DNA of 63,910 nucleotides, filler included, from Octopus bimaculoides (Eukaryota), in NCBI RefSeq assembly GCF_001194135.2. It is 5 parts of 5 records of this genome, joined end to end, with 100 filler letters (N's around TTAATTAATTAA, not from the genome) between each part and the next. Parts side by side here need not be neighbours in the genome. Positions count along the whole stretch, not along the records: positions 43,171 to 61,261 come from NC_068983.1; positions 61,362 to 63,910 come from NW_026382118.1; 3 more parts are not named here. The stretch is one strand, 5' to 3'. Below, piece after piece: positions 50,384 through 63,910 of this stretch. The notes below the pieces were generated by a model that did not search any database, was not told the origin of the DNA, and saw only the letters and a list, made by a program, of their open reading frames with translations. A program made the position numbers and the translations under genes. Position 1 is the first letter of the stretch, and each line of letters starts with the position of its first letter.

Positions 50384-52437
50384 NNNNNNNNNNNNNNNNN
50401 NNNNNNNNNNNNNNNNNNNNNNNNNNNNNNNNNNNNNNNNNNNNNNNNNNNNNNNNNNNNNNNNNNNNNNNNNNNNNNNNNNNNNNNNNNNNNNNNNNNN
50501 NNNNNNNNNNNNNNNNNNNNNNNNNNNNNNNNNNNNNNNNNNNNNNNNNNNNNNNNNNNNNNNNNNNNNNNNNNNNNNNNNNNNNNNNNNNNNNNNNNNN
50601 NNNNNNNNNNNNNNNNNNNNNNNNNNNNNNNNNNNNNNNNNNNNNNNNNNNNNNNNNNNNNNNNNNNNNNNNNNNNNNNNNNNNNNNNNNNNNNNNNNNN
50701 NNNNNNNNNNNNNNNNNNNNNNNNNNNNNNNNNNNNNNNNNNNNNNNNNNNNNNNNNNNNNNNNNNNNNNNNNNNNNNTATATATACATATACATAATGT
50801 ATATACATATACACGCACACATAAACATGTATATATTAATCCATAGGTATTTGTGTGTGTGTATGGGTGTGTGTACTATGCACATATACATACGATTATA
50901 TGTTCGGTAGTTCCTAAATGTATGTGGGCGATGCCATTATATTTCCCATTAATATATTTTCCTATTTCCGCTATTAAAGCAGTATGAAATAATTTTAGCG
51001 ATTATTTTTTATCCCAGTCCTTTATAAGAGCAAATATTCAATATTTCTGTAAAACCACTGTGTCTAAAAACGCATTTAATTCTGCAACCAGAAAGTTACA
51101 AATGAATGATAATAATTCTATATATTGGGTTATTAGAACATCAGAACACCAATTCCTACTTTCATTCGTTTATATTAACACAAATGATTTTTGGTTTTAG
51201 CCCCCTGTAGGTAATAAAGAAATATATATTAACACAAACGATTTTGGGCTGGCTGCCTTTCTTTGGACGGTTGAATATACGAACATCATTTATAGTTTTT
51301 AATCTATTTCATATTCCATTCGAAACTTAAAATTAAGTCATCAGGTGAACAGATATTGGATACCCAAGAAAATGTTAGTCTTGCCTACATAGACACTGAT
51401 AAAATGATCGAATGTGAAATTGTGATTTATTGGTTGATAACCCAAATAACATTTTAACTGAGCATTAAATTATTATGGTGACTGTCTAATCATCGTAAAA
51501 AAAAACTGGCTATTTTCGTGGCCGATACGATTCAACATGACGTAATATAAGAAATATGACATATTCATTGTTGTTGTTTAGATTCAGGTTACTCATCATT
51601 GGATAGACCTATGGTGAAATACTTTCCAGTTACCACCATCCCATCTTATTTTCAGACATTATAATATGTATATATCAAAGATTATATTATCCTAAGGCCT
51701 CTCTTCTTTAAACGAAAAGTATATAACTTGTTTCTATAATATATAGGTTCCAATGCTGATTGCTGTAACTTAATGTTTATGTATAAGTGAAATTCATTAC
51801 CAAGCTGTTCACTCTTTGAACTTTCGAAAATTACTATCAAAAGCATTTGAATTCTATGCAGAAGAAAGCTCATATTTGTTCTAACATCAAATATGTACAG
51901 ATGTAATAATTATATTAATAACTCAAATAAAATTTTATCATATTTCACTAACTATGACATAGATTATAGAAATATAATTTTTTTAAACGTCAGATGAAAA
52001 TAAAATAAGGGAGTTCAATATTTCTAAAGATTAGTAAGTATATTCTGCTTTTAGATTTGTCTGACTGGAAACAATTTTAATGTGTTAAAATTAGCAGGAT
52101 TTGCTGCATTAAGAAGAAATGTCTTTTGATGAACGTGTGTATGTAAATTCGGTATCGTTTATTTTATGTATGGATATATTTCTATTTTCTCATTTTATTG
52201 CCTTGCCTATTTCTTTTCCCTCTCTTTGATAAAGCGTATTACATGAAACGATAGATTGTCATCAGTTTCTTTCATTGGTGTATTTATTTACATTGAATAC
52301 GTCTATATTTGTTGTTGCGCTTCATATTTTTGCGCTTGTCTCGTCTTTGACTCATGATCATACTAGACATATATGCTGGATTTTATCTCTCTAGATCTCT
52401 GTTTCTGTCTCTCTTTATACACACATACACACACACG

Positions 52438-52484
<47 letters not shown>

Positions 52485-55400
52485 GCAGGCATATATCAAA
52501 TGAATACGGTAGCTGTGGTAGAACTTCCTAACCTGAAAAATAAAACAGTGCCGCCGTTACATTAACGTTTTAATGAAAACAGGCACGCAGATAAATGTTG
52601 GGATAATTATGAGCATTTAAAAATGTAGTAATAGTAATTTTAATATTTAATCTATGAAGATAAGAGATGCAACAGATGAGGATGGATTAATCCATGTTTA
52701 TATACTGTGCATGTTTTCATTCTTTCATCAACTTTATTTAGTTGTTTGGCTTTACACATTTTCGGTCTAGTGATTTTCTTTTTCATATGCTGAAACTTTG
52801 TTATTAGAGAGCATTGTACTTCGCTTGAGGATTGTGCATTGTTTGTAAAGAATAAAATGTTTCGAATGGTACAACAATACACTATAATAAAAACAATGGG
52901 CTATATACCTGTTTTAATTTAACCATTCATAGTCTGATAATATTTCGGAATAAAATTCCTTCCTCAGATACCCCTAAGAATTGATGGGAGTCGCTGCTAT
53001 AATAGGTTTGTAATTAGTTATTAGGTGTGTTAAAGAACTTATGATTTCTAAAAGGCGATTAGCAATGTGTAAGTATGAAGATAGAGTGCTTTGTAAAGTG
53101 TGGCATTTATAAAATACAAGTTCGTACCCGACCCTCCCCTACATATATGTATGCATATATATATATATATATATATATATAAGTATATATGTATACATGT
53201 ATGCATAATACAAAAATGTATAGGTGTGTTTTTAGTGTAGCAAAGACATAGGAATTGTAACGGAAAGACATAAGGAATCGAAACGGAAAGAGTAAAGAGT
53301 AAAGAGTAAAGACTAGAAAAAGCCAATCTGCTAGAAGATTGCAAGGAAATATTAAAATGCATTTAATCTGATGCCTTTGTCTCTATCAGTTTCTTGCCCT
53401 TTTGCTACGGAGTAACATTACAAATATATCAAAATTACGGAATTGTACGTGGCTTGAGTACTTATTGAAATTTATACTTAAGAGTGTCCATAGCATTTTA
53501 CAACTAAGGGAATAAACGTTTCATAATGTGTTATCAGCGCTGCACTTACGTATTATGATCCTCATCTGATAATCTTCAGGTTGAATAACTCAATCTCTAT
53601 AGCTGTAAAGATGAACTAGATAGTCGCAAGGCTAAATATTAGAAGCAATAGGTGCATTATAAACTTAATGAACATTTCGCTACCATGCTCTGATAATTTG
53701 GTAATCTCTCATGAATATGGTATATTGAAGGACTTCATTTCTAGACCGGCCTATCCTAAATGTACTGCATACAGATGAAACCCCTTAAAAAAGAACTCTC
53801 TTATATGACTTAATAAATATTACTAAGATTTTATTCATGAATATTTTATTCAGCTTTGAAATAAATATCTTTAGATGGTAGAGCTATAGTGGTAAAATAA
53901 AATGAAATAGTTTCAGAATACAGACTTCATTTTAAGGAGTTAAATTAGTTGAAAACTTTTCTTAAATAATTTGAATTGAATTAACGTTAATAATTTTGCA
54001 GATTTCATTTTAAACACAATACAGCTAATTGCAAGTGCATAAAGAGTCTAAAAGGTGATTAACAATTTTATAAATAGGTTAATTAATGTGTGAAGAATTC
54101 AAAGAAAATTCATTCCACAACTACAATTATCTGAACATAACTCGAAGACTACTAATTTTCAACAAATATATTGAAGCGTGTTGAAATCATGAAACATTTC
54201 ATAACTTTTTATGAGTTGTATAATATATAGATTTTAGATTTCCTTTACATACGAAATATAAAAACCCCAGTTAAGTGTTTTTTAAGCTGCTGCTTCAAAC
54301 CAGTGACTACACATTGTCTGCGTGTCTCTAATAATTTTTTGAATACATACATGAATGCACATTTTATGGTGAGGTTGCATTGAACTCATAATATACTATC
54401 TAAAACTTTATTCAAAAGAGGTGAACAACTTTAAAGCTTAGTTCAATAATATGGCACTTGTTCACATACATTTTCGTCACATGGGGTATCACGCAATAAA
54501 AAACAGAAGCTGTCTGGTTTTATTTCTGTAGCACTGACATAACATTTTAATTTCTGGTGTAGTAATCGATACTTGGATATAAAGTTTGAATTTTAAGTTT
54601 TCCTTGAAAATGATGCGGCTTTACTCATTTATCCTTTGTCAGCATCCATATATTATAATGTATAAAAGTTACTGATAAAAGTATATATTTTTATATTATC
54701 AATGTGTTTTGCATGACAAATAGTCAAATTAAAATTACTTATTATCAGCGATCATTCAATAAAAAATAATGTAGTTATACAAGCCTCCTATGTATCGCAT
54801 TTTCATCCCAAATTGTCGACAATGATTTATGGAGTTGTTATGTCTATAAGTTCTTAAATAGAACTGATACTGGTTTGTAAGAGTCAAATAAAAAGTGTCA
54901 CCTTTTGCTTAAATATAGGTAATCAACTGAATTTGCATGAATAGGAAATTACTAGGAGGTAACGAGTAAATCAAATAGCTAAATCCTAAAATCAACTGGG
55001 GAATTTCACTATTGTATGTGGAATATTCCAAGGTTAATAGTGAGGCGACTGAATGAGAGCTTTTCTAATAAAGTCGGGGTCTCGTTGTATTGCAACCTTC
55101 TTGAAATAATCCTATTGTAATTTTGCGAATCGTGCTAGAGTAATGACTAATAATTTATCTGCCTAATTCTTTCATTAACCTTTCTATCTTCTCAGTATTA
55201 AAGAATGTTGAAGTCATGTAACGGCTGCTATAATAGAACGCTATAATCAATATGTAGGAGGAGTAATTGTCTCAGTATTCTTCGATTGTTCTTCCTCGGT
55301 AACAGCAGTCTGACTGCTACAACTCTCGCATATTGACTACTTTACTACACTGCTGACATTTGCTATGTGATTTTCTATGAACAGAAGCCAGTCTATTTTA

Positions 55401-55849
55401 GAACACTCGAAGAATGTCTTATTTAAAGCTATGTATAATAAAACATAAAAGAAATGAAAACAAATAGTGCGTAGTTATGTCACGCATGACTTCACAATTA
55501 AGTATTTCCATCATAAAAGCAAAATCTTGTAGCTTTAGAAAACTTTGTAGTCATTTGTATAATTTTTTGGAATGATAATTTTTTTTTTTGATTTCGTTCT
55601 TATTCTTGTCAGTGCTTCCTAAAATTGAACAGTTATTTCATCCATTTATTTCTAATAAATATTGTTTTAATTATACAAGAACAACACACGGATAACAGTA
55701 AAAATAGTTACATTAATAATAATGATGAAGGTGATGAAAATAATAGCAAATGTATTTGCCACAACAACTGCAATAACGTCGTTGATCTTAATGATGATGA
55801 TGATGATAACAACAACAAAACAACAACAACAACAACATCAATAATAATA

Positions 55850-56387
55850 ACCATGATTTCAAATTTTGGCACGAAGTCAGTAATTTCGAGGTAGTGGTTA
55901 AGTTAATTACATCAACCCGAATACTCAAATGGTACTTATTTTATCGACCCATAATGATGAAAGGCAACGTCGACCTTGGCGGGATTTGGACTCAGAACAT
56001 AAAGATGGATGAAATGCCGCTAAGTATTTTGTCCGGCTCGCAAACGATTCTGTTACTTCACTACTTTTTGGGGGTAGGAGAGTGGTAAGTCGATTACATC
56101 AAGCCCAGTGTTCAACTGGTACCTATTTTATCGATCCCGAAAGAATGAAAAACAAAACCGACCACAGAGGAATTTGATCTGAGAACGTGAAAGCGGACGA
56201 AATACCGCTACGCATTTTGTCCGGCGCGCTAACGATTCTGCCAGTTTGCCTTAGTAATAATAATTATAATAATCCTTTTTACTATAGACACAAAGCCTGA
56301 AATTTTTGGGAAAGGGATAGTCGATTACATCGACTGCCAGTACTCGACTGGTACTTGATTTATCGACCCCCAACTTGATGAAAGGCA
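55850..56387 (-). mobile_element. Array of three SINE family B copies
   Basis: Cores at about 55850-56050, 56080-56255 and 56275-56387, same orientation, with AAT/AAC-rich flanks. Confidence 0.8.
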
Positions 56388-56968
56388 CGATCTATTATAA
56401 ATAGATAAAGCAGTTCTAAATGAAGCAAAAGCTAGAAAGAAAAATATAACAATAGCATGGATAGATTATAAAAAAGCCTACAACATGATCCCACACTCAT
56501 TGAATATTTGAGTATATTCAGTATAGCACACAACATAAGAGAATTAATTAGCTTTAGCATGAAGAAATGGAGAGTAGATCTCTACTCAGTTGACACACTC
56601 TTAGGGAAAGTTAATACCAAAAGAGGAATTTCCCCAAGGGGCCTCGTTGTCCCCTTTAATAGTTGCCTCATTTTTGATCCCCCTCAGTTTAGTACTAACA
56701 AAGGCAAAGGTAGGATATCAGTTCAGAAATAATAACCATTTGCTCTACATGGATGAGCTGAAGCTTTTTAGTAAGAATGAAAAAGAGATAGATTCCTTAA
56801 TACAGACTGTAAGACTCTTCATCAAAGATATAGGCATGGAATTTAGCATAGATAAGTGTACAATATTAGTAATTAAAAAGGGGACAGGTAGTCAATAGCG
56901 AAGGCATCCAATTACCAGATGGCCAGACATTAAAACCATTGAAAGGAGGAGAGAGTTATAAGTACCTA
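56388..56968 (+). pseudogene. R4/Dong-like LINE RT fragment
   Basis: IDKAVLNEAKARKKNITIAWIDYKKAYNMIPHS...NHLLYMDELKLFSKN...YKYL. Confidence 0.8.
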
Positions 56969-59900
56969 CAAGGCGCAAGAAGACTGCACATGGAGACATG
57001 ATCAATGGTTTCATTTTGTTGTTGACATACACGACATGTTGAGAAGCTGCCGTTCTTTAATATGCTGGCCTGGTAGTTCCTTGTAGGTAGGCAATTGATA
57101 TTGGGCTGCTATGATAAACCCTTCTTTTTCGGATTTTAAGAGAAGCCATTTGCCATTGATGGGTAAGGGCTTTGTCAACATCGGCATCATTCGCTCTCTT
57201 TGGACATTTGCCATTGAGAGGTTTTACTTGTCATTTATCAGTCAGAATATCTAAAGCAGCAGTTTTAACACGGGTTTTCATGTGCTTAGCTTTTTCTGCG
57301 CTTATTCCTAGTTTGTCTAGTACCGGAATTTGTTGTATTTGGAATTCCCTTAGATATTCCTTTGCCTGTTTTGTTACTGAGTATCATGCTTACTTGCTTT
57401 CATGTTTTGAGACAAGTTTTAAAATCCAGTTCTCAGAGTTTTTCAGGTAGGTGTCTAGGTCAGTTGTGGCAATCTTCATTGTTAAAGCCAGTTGTAAAAG
57501 TCCACGGCCTACCTCTTTTCTTGGCAGATAAAGTCGTTCTATATCTGCTTTAGGGTGGTGCATTCTATGCATTGTCAACAGTTTTCGTATTTTTCTGTCA
57601 AGATTTCATATTCCAGTAATTGACCAGTTAATGATATTGAAACTGTAAGTCACGACTGGGATGGCTAAAACATTGGTCGCTTCAATCCTGTCTCTTGCAT
57701 TCAGTTCTATCTTAAGTATTTCTCTCACCCTGCGATAACATTCTCTTCTGATCCTTTTCCCTCATCACTGAATGCCTACTTCCGTCCCATTCAAGTACCC
57801 CTAGGTATTTGTAGCTCTCCGCTGGTTCTAACTATTTTATGACATTCTGCTGGTCAAGGTTAACGTTAGATGTTTCTGTCACTTTTCCTTTGATAAAGGT
57901 AGCTTTTACAAATTTATCGAGGCCAAATTGCATCCTGATGTCATCACTGAATTGTTTAATAATCGCAAGTGAGCCCTTGAGTTGTTGGTCATTTTTTGCA
58001 AAAAGCTTTAAATCATCTATGTAAATGAGATGATTTATATTGTTATCAAACATCTTATAATTGTACTGTGCGTCATTGAGCAATTTTGAGAGAGGTATTA
58101 AGGCCTGACAAAAGAGGAGCTGTGACAGTGAGTCACCCTGGAAAATTCCACGTGAATTGTTTACATCTCCAGCATTTAGAGATTCATTGTCATTGTTCAA
58201 CGTCAGTGTGGTTCCCCATGATCTAACATTTACAGACAAAACGTTTCGCAGAGTAGGCGCTATTTTATACATTTCCAGACATTTCTCAATCCAGCTATCA
58301 GAAGCATTTTTATAGTCTATCCAGGCTATTGACTAGTTTTTGTGTCGTTTGAGAAATCTTCTAAGATCGTCTTATTGATGAGCAGCTGATCTTTACGACC
58401 ATAAGATCCACGTTTAGATCCTTTTTGCTCATTAGGGAATATGCCACTTTCTATTAAAAAACTATAGGTATATGCAGTCAGGGCAGATGTTAGCGCTTTA
58501 TACATTGCTGTTAAGCAGGTTATGGGCCTATAATTTTTTGGTTCATTTCTTTCTTCATTTTTGGAACGTTAAACTATTAAGAGGGCATCATACTAGGATA
58601 TTGCAAAACATTGTTCTAAAGTTTGTTAGCAGTTCATGGCTCTCTGGGAAGGAATTCAACCAGAAGTTAGGAATTTTATCCTTTCCTGGAGACTTCCATT
58701 TGCTAGACTTCCTGAGAACAGATCTTATATCTTCTACTTTGATACCCTCCCACTTTTGATCCTCTAAGGAGTCAGTCTGCAGATATTACATCAATCCAAG
58801 GGGCCTTTTCATTGTGTGTTTTTTCTTCTGCCCAAATTTTATTCCAGAATTCCTGCACTTCTTCTTTTGATGGGACAGACTTTACTGTAACTGGTGTTTT
58901 CCCTATCTTCCTGTAAAGATTTGGGGGTATATTGTTGAATATGTTGTTGCCCTTGAAGAATCTAACACGCTTTTCATACCTTGCTATGCAGGCAGCTTTA
59001 GCACATACCTTTTGCTTGATGGTTTCTGTGGTGGCATCAATGTCAAGTATGGTTTTCATATATTCTTTCTTTAATTTTTAGGTTTTTGTAGGTTTTGTAG
59101 TCTTGTCAAACTTAAGGTTTTTCAAACATTCTATATCAGACCTAAGTAGCTTAATTTGGTGCTGAATACGCTCTAGCCAAGAAGGCTTTTGTGGGAATGT
59201 TGTCGTTTTCTAATCATTTCAGCACATAGAATCGCTGAGATTTTCTCGGATGCATAGTACAGGTGGTTGAGATCTGTGATATCAACATCATTAGCTGAAA
59301 TTATATCCTTAAGTGCAAGGCGGATTTTACCAATTATTTTCAGGTTTTGGTTAGAATTGCGAAGTTTTGGGAGAGCATCGCGTTCATTCATACTGTTTAT
59401 TTTTTTTAATTTGCAGCCATTCAATCATGATTTAAATTTTTAGATCATGTAGTTCTGTTGAGTCAATATTTGTGTGACTTTCTTCATCTATTTGATTTTA
59501 ATCTGCCTTAGTGACTATGGTTGGTTCAGAAAGTATTTCACTTTGTCTATCAATTACATCAACGCTTTCAATTATTACTGCGCTTGTCTATAAGTATTTT
59601 CTCTGTAGTATCTTCTTTAGCTGCAGTTTCGTTCTTTTTATTCCTTACTGCTTGTTTAATTTGTTCAATCTCTACTTCAGTTAGTAATTGTTTTCATAAT
59701 GTTTCTTCTGACGTTGGCAAGCTTGTTACTTACCTTAACACTAACCCTATGTAGTGTCTTACTTCAGAGTGTTTCTTTCTCCAGTTTAAGTAGGCTTGTA
59801 CAGTATTAGATTTGTTTGTGGGGAAATATATGGTATGGTAGAAAGCCGTAATAACTTCTTCATATTATCTTCCCTAGACCATTTTTCATTCTTATTCGTT

Positions 59901-60650
59901 TGGTCATTTGATGACGAGCCTGGATGGCCATCTGTTGGAATATTCCGGTTGTGGGGTACTTCCAGCTCCTGTGTGTCGGGAAGATTTATACCAGTAGCTG
60001 ATTTTTCGACTCGAATCTGGTTCAACATTCGAGTACGTGATCCTTTGTAACACGGTCGATGACCATTCCGCTTTGTATTTTGCTTTGTTAACAGTGAGGC
60101 ATGACGAGCTTCGACGTTGACATTAGGAGAAGGATCTGTCTGTTTAGGGTTAATGTTTTGAGACAACGCCGTCTCCGAGTTCTCTGCATGTAAACATTGC
60201 TCGTAATGTAGTTTCTTAACGCTAACAGATCTATATCGAGTATGCGGTCCTTTGTGATCCGGTCGACGACTAATCTGGTTTGTATTTTGCTTTGTTATCA
60301 TTGAGGCTTGACGAGCTTCGATGTTGATATTAGGGGACAGATTTAGCTGTTTAGGGTCAATTTTTTGAGACAACACCGTCACTGAGTTCTCTGCATATAA
60401 ACATTGCTTGTTGACATTAGGGAACGGATTTGTCTGTTTAGGGTCAATTTTTTAAAGACTACACTGCCACCGAGTTCTCCGCATGTAAACATTGCTTGTA
60501 ACGTAGCTTCTTAAGGCTAACAGATCTGCTGTATTCGTCTGTATTATTTTTTTTTGACAGATTTATCTCCGAGTATAGTTTTTTTTTTACTTTGTTGTTT
60601 ACTCTGAATGGTTCACTCTGACTGTGTTAGTTCGAAAATGAAAATAAAGA
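56969..60650 (-). mobile_element. R4/Dong-like (RLE-type) LINE, 5' end retained, 3'-truncated after the zinc-finger region, decayed
   Basis: GIFQGDSLSQLLFC, INHLIYIDDLKLFAK, HRMHHPKADIERLYLPRKEVGRGL, EGFIIAAQ, CRVCQQQNETIDH; N-terminal KWSRE; many frameshifts. Confidence 0.85.
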
Positions 60651-61158
60651 AATTAAAAACGAAACAAAAGAGGAAAAGAAGTTTTGTTTTTGTTTTTGCT
60701 TCGTTTGTGACACGTGTTTTTGTATGTGTGAGTGTGTCTCCTGTAAATTTCACGTAGTTGTGTAATCATTGAGATGTATGTGTAGTCCTATGGGTGTCAA
60801 AATGTATATACGATTGTGTAGACATTCGAGTGTATGCGCAATTACTCAATTTATGTGCTTACTATTTTGTGCCATTTCTATTTTATAATTTGTAAACTTT
60901 CCGATATTGATATCGCGTGTGTATTTCGCACACGTTTCACCGAGACATCGTGCGTAGGAGAAACTGTGCTTTGTATGGCAGTAACATTTCGTCTTTTTTT
61001 ATTTTCGTTAAAAGACCGCTTCCTTCAAGTCTTCCATAGATTCCTTTATCAAATTCCATCGATGTTACTGGATTAGATCTGTTTTTGAATGGGGAGTCCT
61101 GTGTAGTACATCCATGTTGTTATGCAGTGCAGATTATTGTTATTATCATTATCATTTT

Positions 61159-61261
61159 TCTTCTTCTTCTTCTTCTTCTTCTTCTTCTTCTTCTTCTTCT
61201 TCTTCTTCTTCTTCTTCTTCTTCTTCTTCTTCTTCTTCTTCTTCTTCTTCTTCTTCTTCTT
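61159..61261. repeat. (CTT)n microsatellite
   Basis: Directly visible. Confidence 0.95.
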
Positions 61262-61361
61262 NNNNNNNNNNNNNNNNNNNNNNNNNNNNNNNNNNNNNNN
61301 NNNNNTTAATTAATTAANNNNNNNNNNNNNNNNNNNNNNNNNNNNNNNNNNNNNNNNNNNN
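61262..61361. other. Artificial scaffold-join spacer
   Basis: 44N-TTAATTAATTAA-44N. Confidence 0.95.
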
Positions 61362-61510
61362 AATAAATGAGTGAAGAATGAATATATAGTGCATGTGTTT
61401 ATTTGGCAAAAGAAAAAAGAAAATGACCATCCCGAAATGCAATATCTGTTTCAACACACGACTTCACATCAGGAATCTTGCAACACAAATTCATAAACGT
61501 ATAAATATAA

Positions 61511-62132
61511 AATAGAACAAAAACGCAATAGAGGACAATAGAACATTAGAACAGACAGACGATACAAAGGCGGACAAGAGAAACAACAATTAGGACAGGC
61601 CAAAAATGTCGGGTCATTCGTAGCCTTCTTTTCTCAGTCAAGTACCAAAAGTGACGACCATTTCGAGCAGTTACACTTGAGATGGTTCGATCTGGTTGCT
61701 CCCCCAAAAATCTAAGCTAAGAGCATTAGACCCCTTAGCTAGCGGATGTGTGTGCCACCTAAATGTGGCTGACCATATGGGACGATGCTACTGCAGTTTA
61801 TAGCCCCAGGAAGACATCTCCTCCGTCTTCCTGGGGCTATAAACTTCAGTAGCATCATCCTATATGGGTCAGCCACATTTAGGTAGCAACTATACTTTAT
61901 ATATGCATATATAAATGGAACAAAAACGAAATAGAGGGCATTAAAACAGTCAGACAGATGGATGATACAAAGGCAGACAAGAGAAACAACAATTAGAAGG
62001 ACAGGCAAAAAAAGACGTGGCTTTCTTTCCTCAGTCAAGTTACCAGAAGTCCTTACTGTTTCGGGCAGTTACACTTGAGATGGTTCGATCTGATTGCCCC
62101 ATAAAAAGTCTAAGATAAGAGCATTAGACCCC
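61511..62132. repeat. ~220-bp direct repeat pair enclosing a 128-bp hairpin
   Basis: 61511-61734 resembles 61911-62132; hairpin 61757-61884 has a 9-nt loop. Confidence 0.8.
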
Positions 62133-63910
62133 TTTGTAAGAAAGACCCCTTGTAAGAAAGCTAGCGAATGTGTACTGCAACAAAGACAAAAAGAAACGGT
62201 GAACATAGTACACAATTAGGAATACAAACAACAAGAAATAACAATAGGTGTCTTTCGACTGAGAACAGATCAAATTGAGCTGGCGTGTATGAAGTGAAAG
62301 CCTAAAAGCAGGAACATAGGAGATGGACATAAGAGGTGTTGGAAGTCAGCAGTCAGGCCAAGAAAGAAAGATCATGGCTGGTCAGACGTCGGTCACATGG
62401 AAGAAGAGATGGATGGGGGCAGCAGGATTTAAGGATTCGAAACAAATCAGACAAAGAGAAAGGTACAGGAGAGATAAACAAGTGGGAGATAGTGTGAGTT
62501 AAAGAAAGAGAGGGCCAAGAAATGTGAGAAAGGGGGGAGCGAGAAAAATGGGAGGGGAATAATAGATAGAGTAAGAGTCGTACAAAATTTAGTTACATAT
62601 CTACAATAAGGTTAGCACAAGGGTGTACGTACGCTGCTATATATATATATATACATATATTAGAACAAGATAAATTTTATTCAACGCATAGATACTGAAC
62701 AGTATAGATATGAAGGAAACAATCCTGTTTTCTTTTTAAAAGCAGAAAAATTTGTCGGCAGCCAGCCATGAGAATCGAACTGTCATATATATATATATAT
62801 ANNNNNNNNNNNNNNNNNNNNNNNNNNNNNNNNNNNNNNNNNNNNNNNNNNNNNNNNNNNNNNNNNNNNNNNNNNNNNNNNNNNNNNNNNNNNNNNNNNN
62901 NNNNNNNNNNNNNNNNNNNNNNNNNNNNNNNNNNNNNNNNNNNNNNNNNNNNNNNNNNNNNNNNNNNNNNNNNNNNNNNNNNNNNNNNNNNNNNNNNNNN
63001 NNNNNNNNNNNNNNNNNNNNNNNNNNNNNNNNNNNNNNNNNNNNNNNNNNNNNNNNNNNNNNNNNNNNNNNNNNNNNNNNNNNNNNNNNNNNNNNNNNNN
63101 NNNNNNNNNNNNNNNNNNNNNNNNNNNNNNNNNNNNNNNNNNNNNNNNNNNNNNNNNNNNNNNNNNNNNNNNNNNNNNNNNNNNNNNNNNNNNNNNNNNN
63201 NNNNNNNNNNNNNNNNNNNNNNNNNNNNNNNNNNNNNNNNNNNNNNNNNNNNNNNNNNNNNNNNNNNNNNNNNNNNNNNNNNNNNNNNNNNNNNNNNNNN
63301 NNNNNNNNNNNNNNNNNNNNNNNNNNNNNNNNNNNNNNNNNNNNNNNNNNNNNNNNNNNNNNNNNNNNNNNNNNNNNNNNNNNNNNNNNNNNNNNNNNNN
63401 NNNNNNNNNNNNNNNNNNNNNNNNNNNNNNNNNNNNNNNNNNNNNNNNNNNNNNNNNNNNNNNNNNNNNNNNNNNNNNNNNNNNNNNNNNNNNNNNNNNN
63501 NNNNNNNNNNNNNNNNNNNNNNNNNNNNNNNNNNNNNNNNNNNNNNNNNNNNNNNNNNNNNNNNNNNNNNNNNNNNNNNNNNNNNNNNNNNNNNNNNNNN
63601 NNNNNNNNNNNNNNNNNNNNNNNNNNNNNNNNNNNNNNNNNNNNNNNNNNNNNNNNNNNNNNNNNNNNNNNNNNNNNNNNNNNNNNNNNNNNNNNNNNNN
63701 NNNNNNNNNNNNGTGTGATCGACTTTTCTATTTTCCCTTTTTCTCTTTCTTGCTCTCATTCCCTCTCTCGTGTACATGTGCGCGCGTACAGCCACACACA
63801 AATACACACATACACACACTAAAAACACATACACCACATACACACATACACTACTACACGCACACACTACACACACTCTACACACACACACTGCACACAC
63901 ATACACACGC

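Overview
This is AT-rich eukaryotic draft-assembly DNA, dominated by microsatellites and transposon relics. The repeat complement (tRNA-head SINEs with internal TA/CA tracts, RTE tails ending in (GAT)n, Tx1 and R4/Dong LINEs) suggests a coleoid cephalopod, probably Octopus; this is an inference, not verified. No intact host protein-coding gene, RNA gene or CRISPR array can be supported. The window is five contig blocks joined by identical 100-bp spacers (44N-TTAATTAATTAA-44N) at 7782, 21928, 43071 and 61262. Main contents: (1) a nested structure at 9.9-19.9 kb, where long diverged inverted arms and a MULE-type transposase C-terminus enclose an RTE LINE, duplicated SINE heads and a near-full-length disabled Tx1/L1 LINE; (2) a CpG-depleted contig (22.0-43.1 kb) with decayed SINE, RTE, Tigger and DD37D elements, a few weak exon candidates and a Helitron 3' end; (3) R4/Dong LINE pieces associated with (AAT)n-linked SINE arrays; (4) many fold-back hairpins. 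Most long ORFs in the supplied track are artefacts of microsatellites or N gaps. Element boundaries were read by eye and are approximate unless anchored by a TSD or terminal motif.
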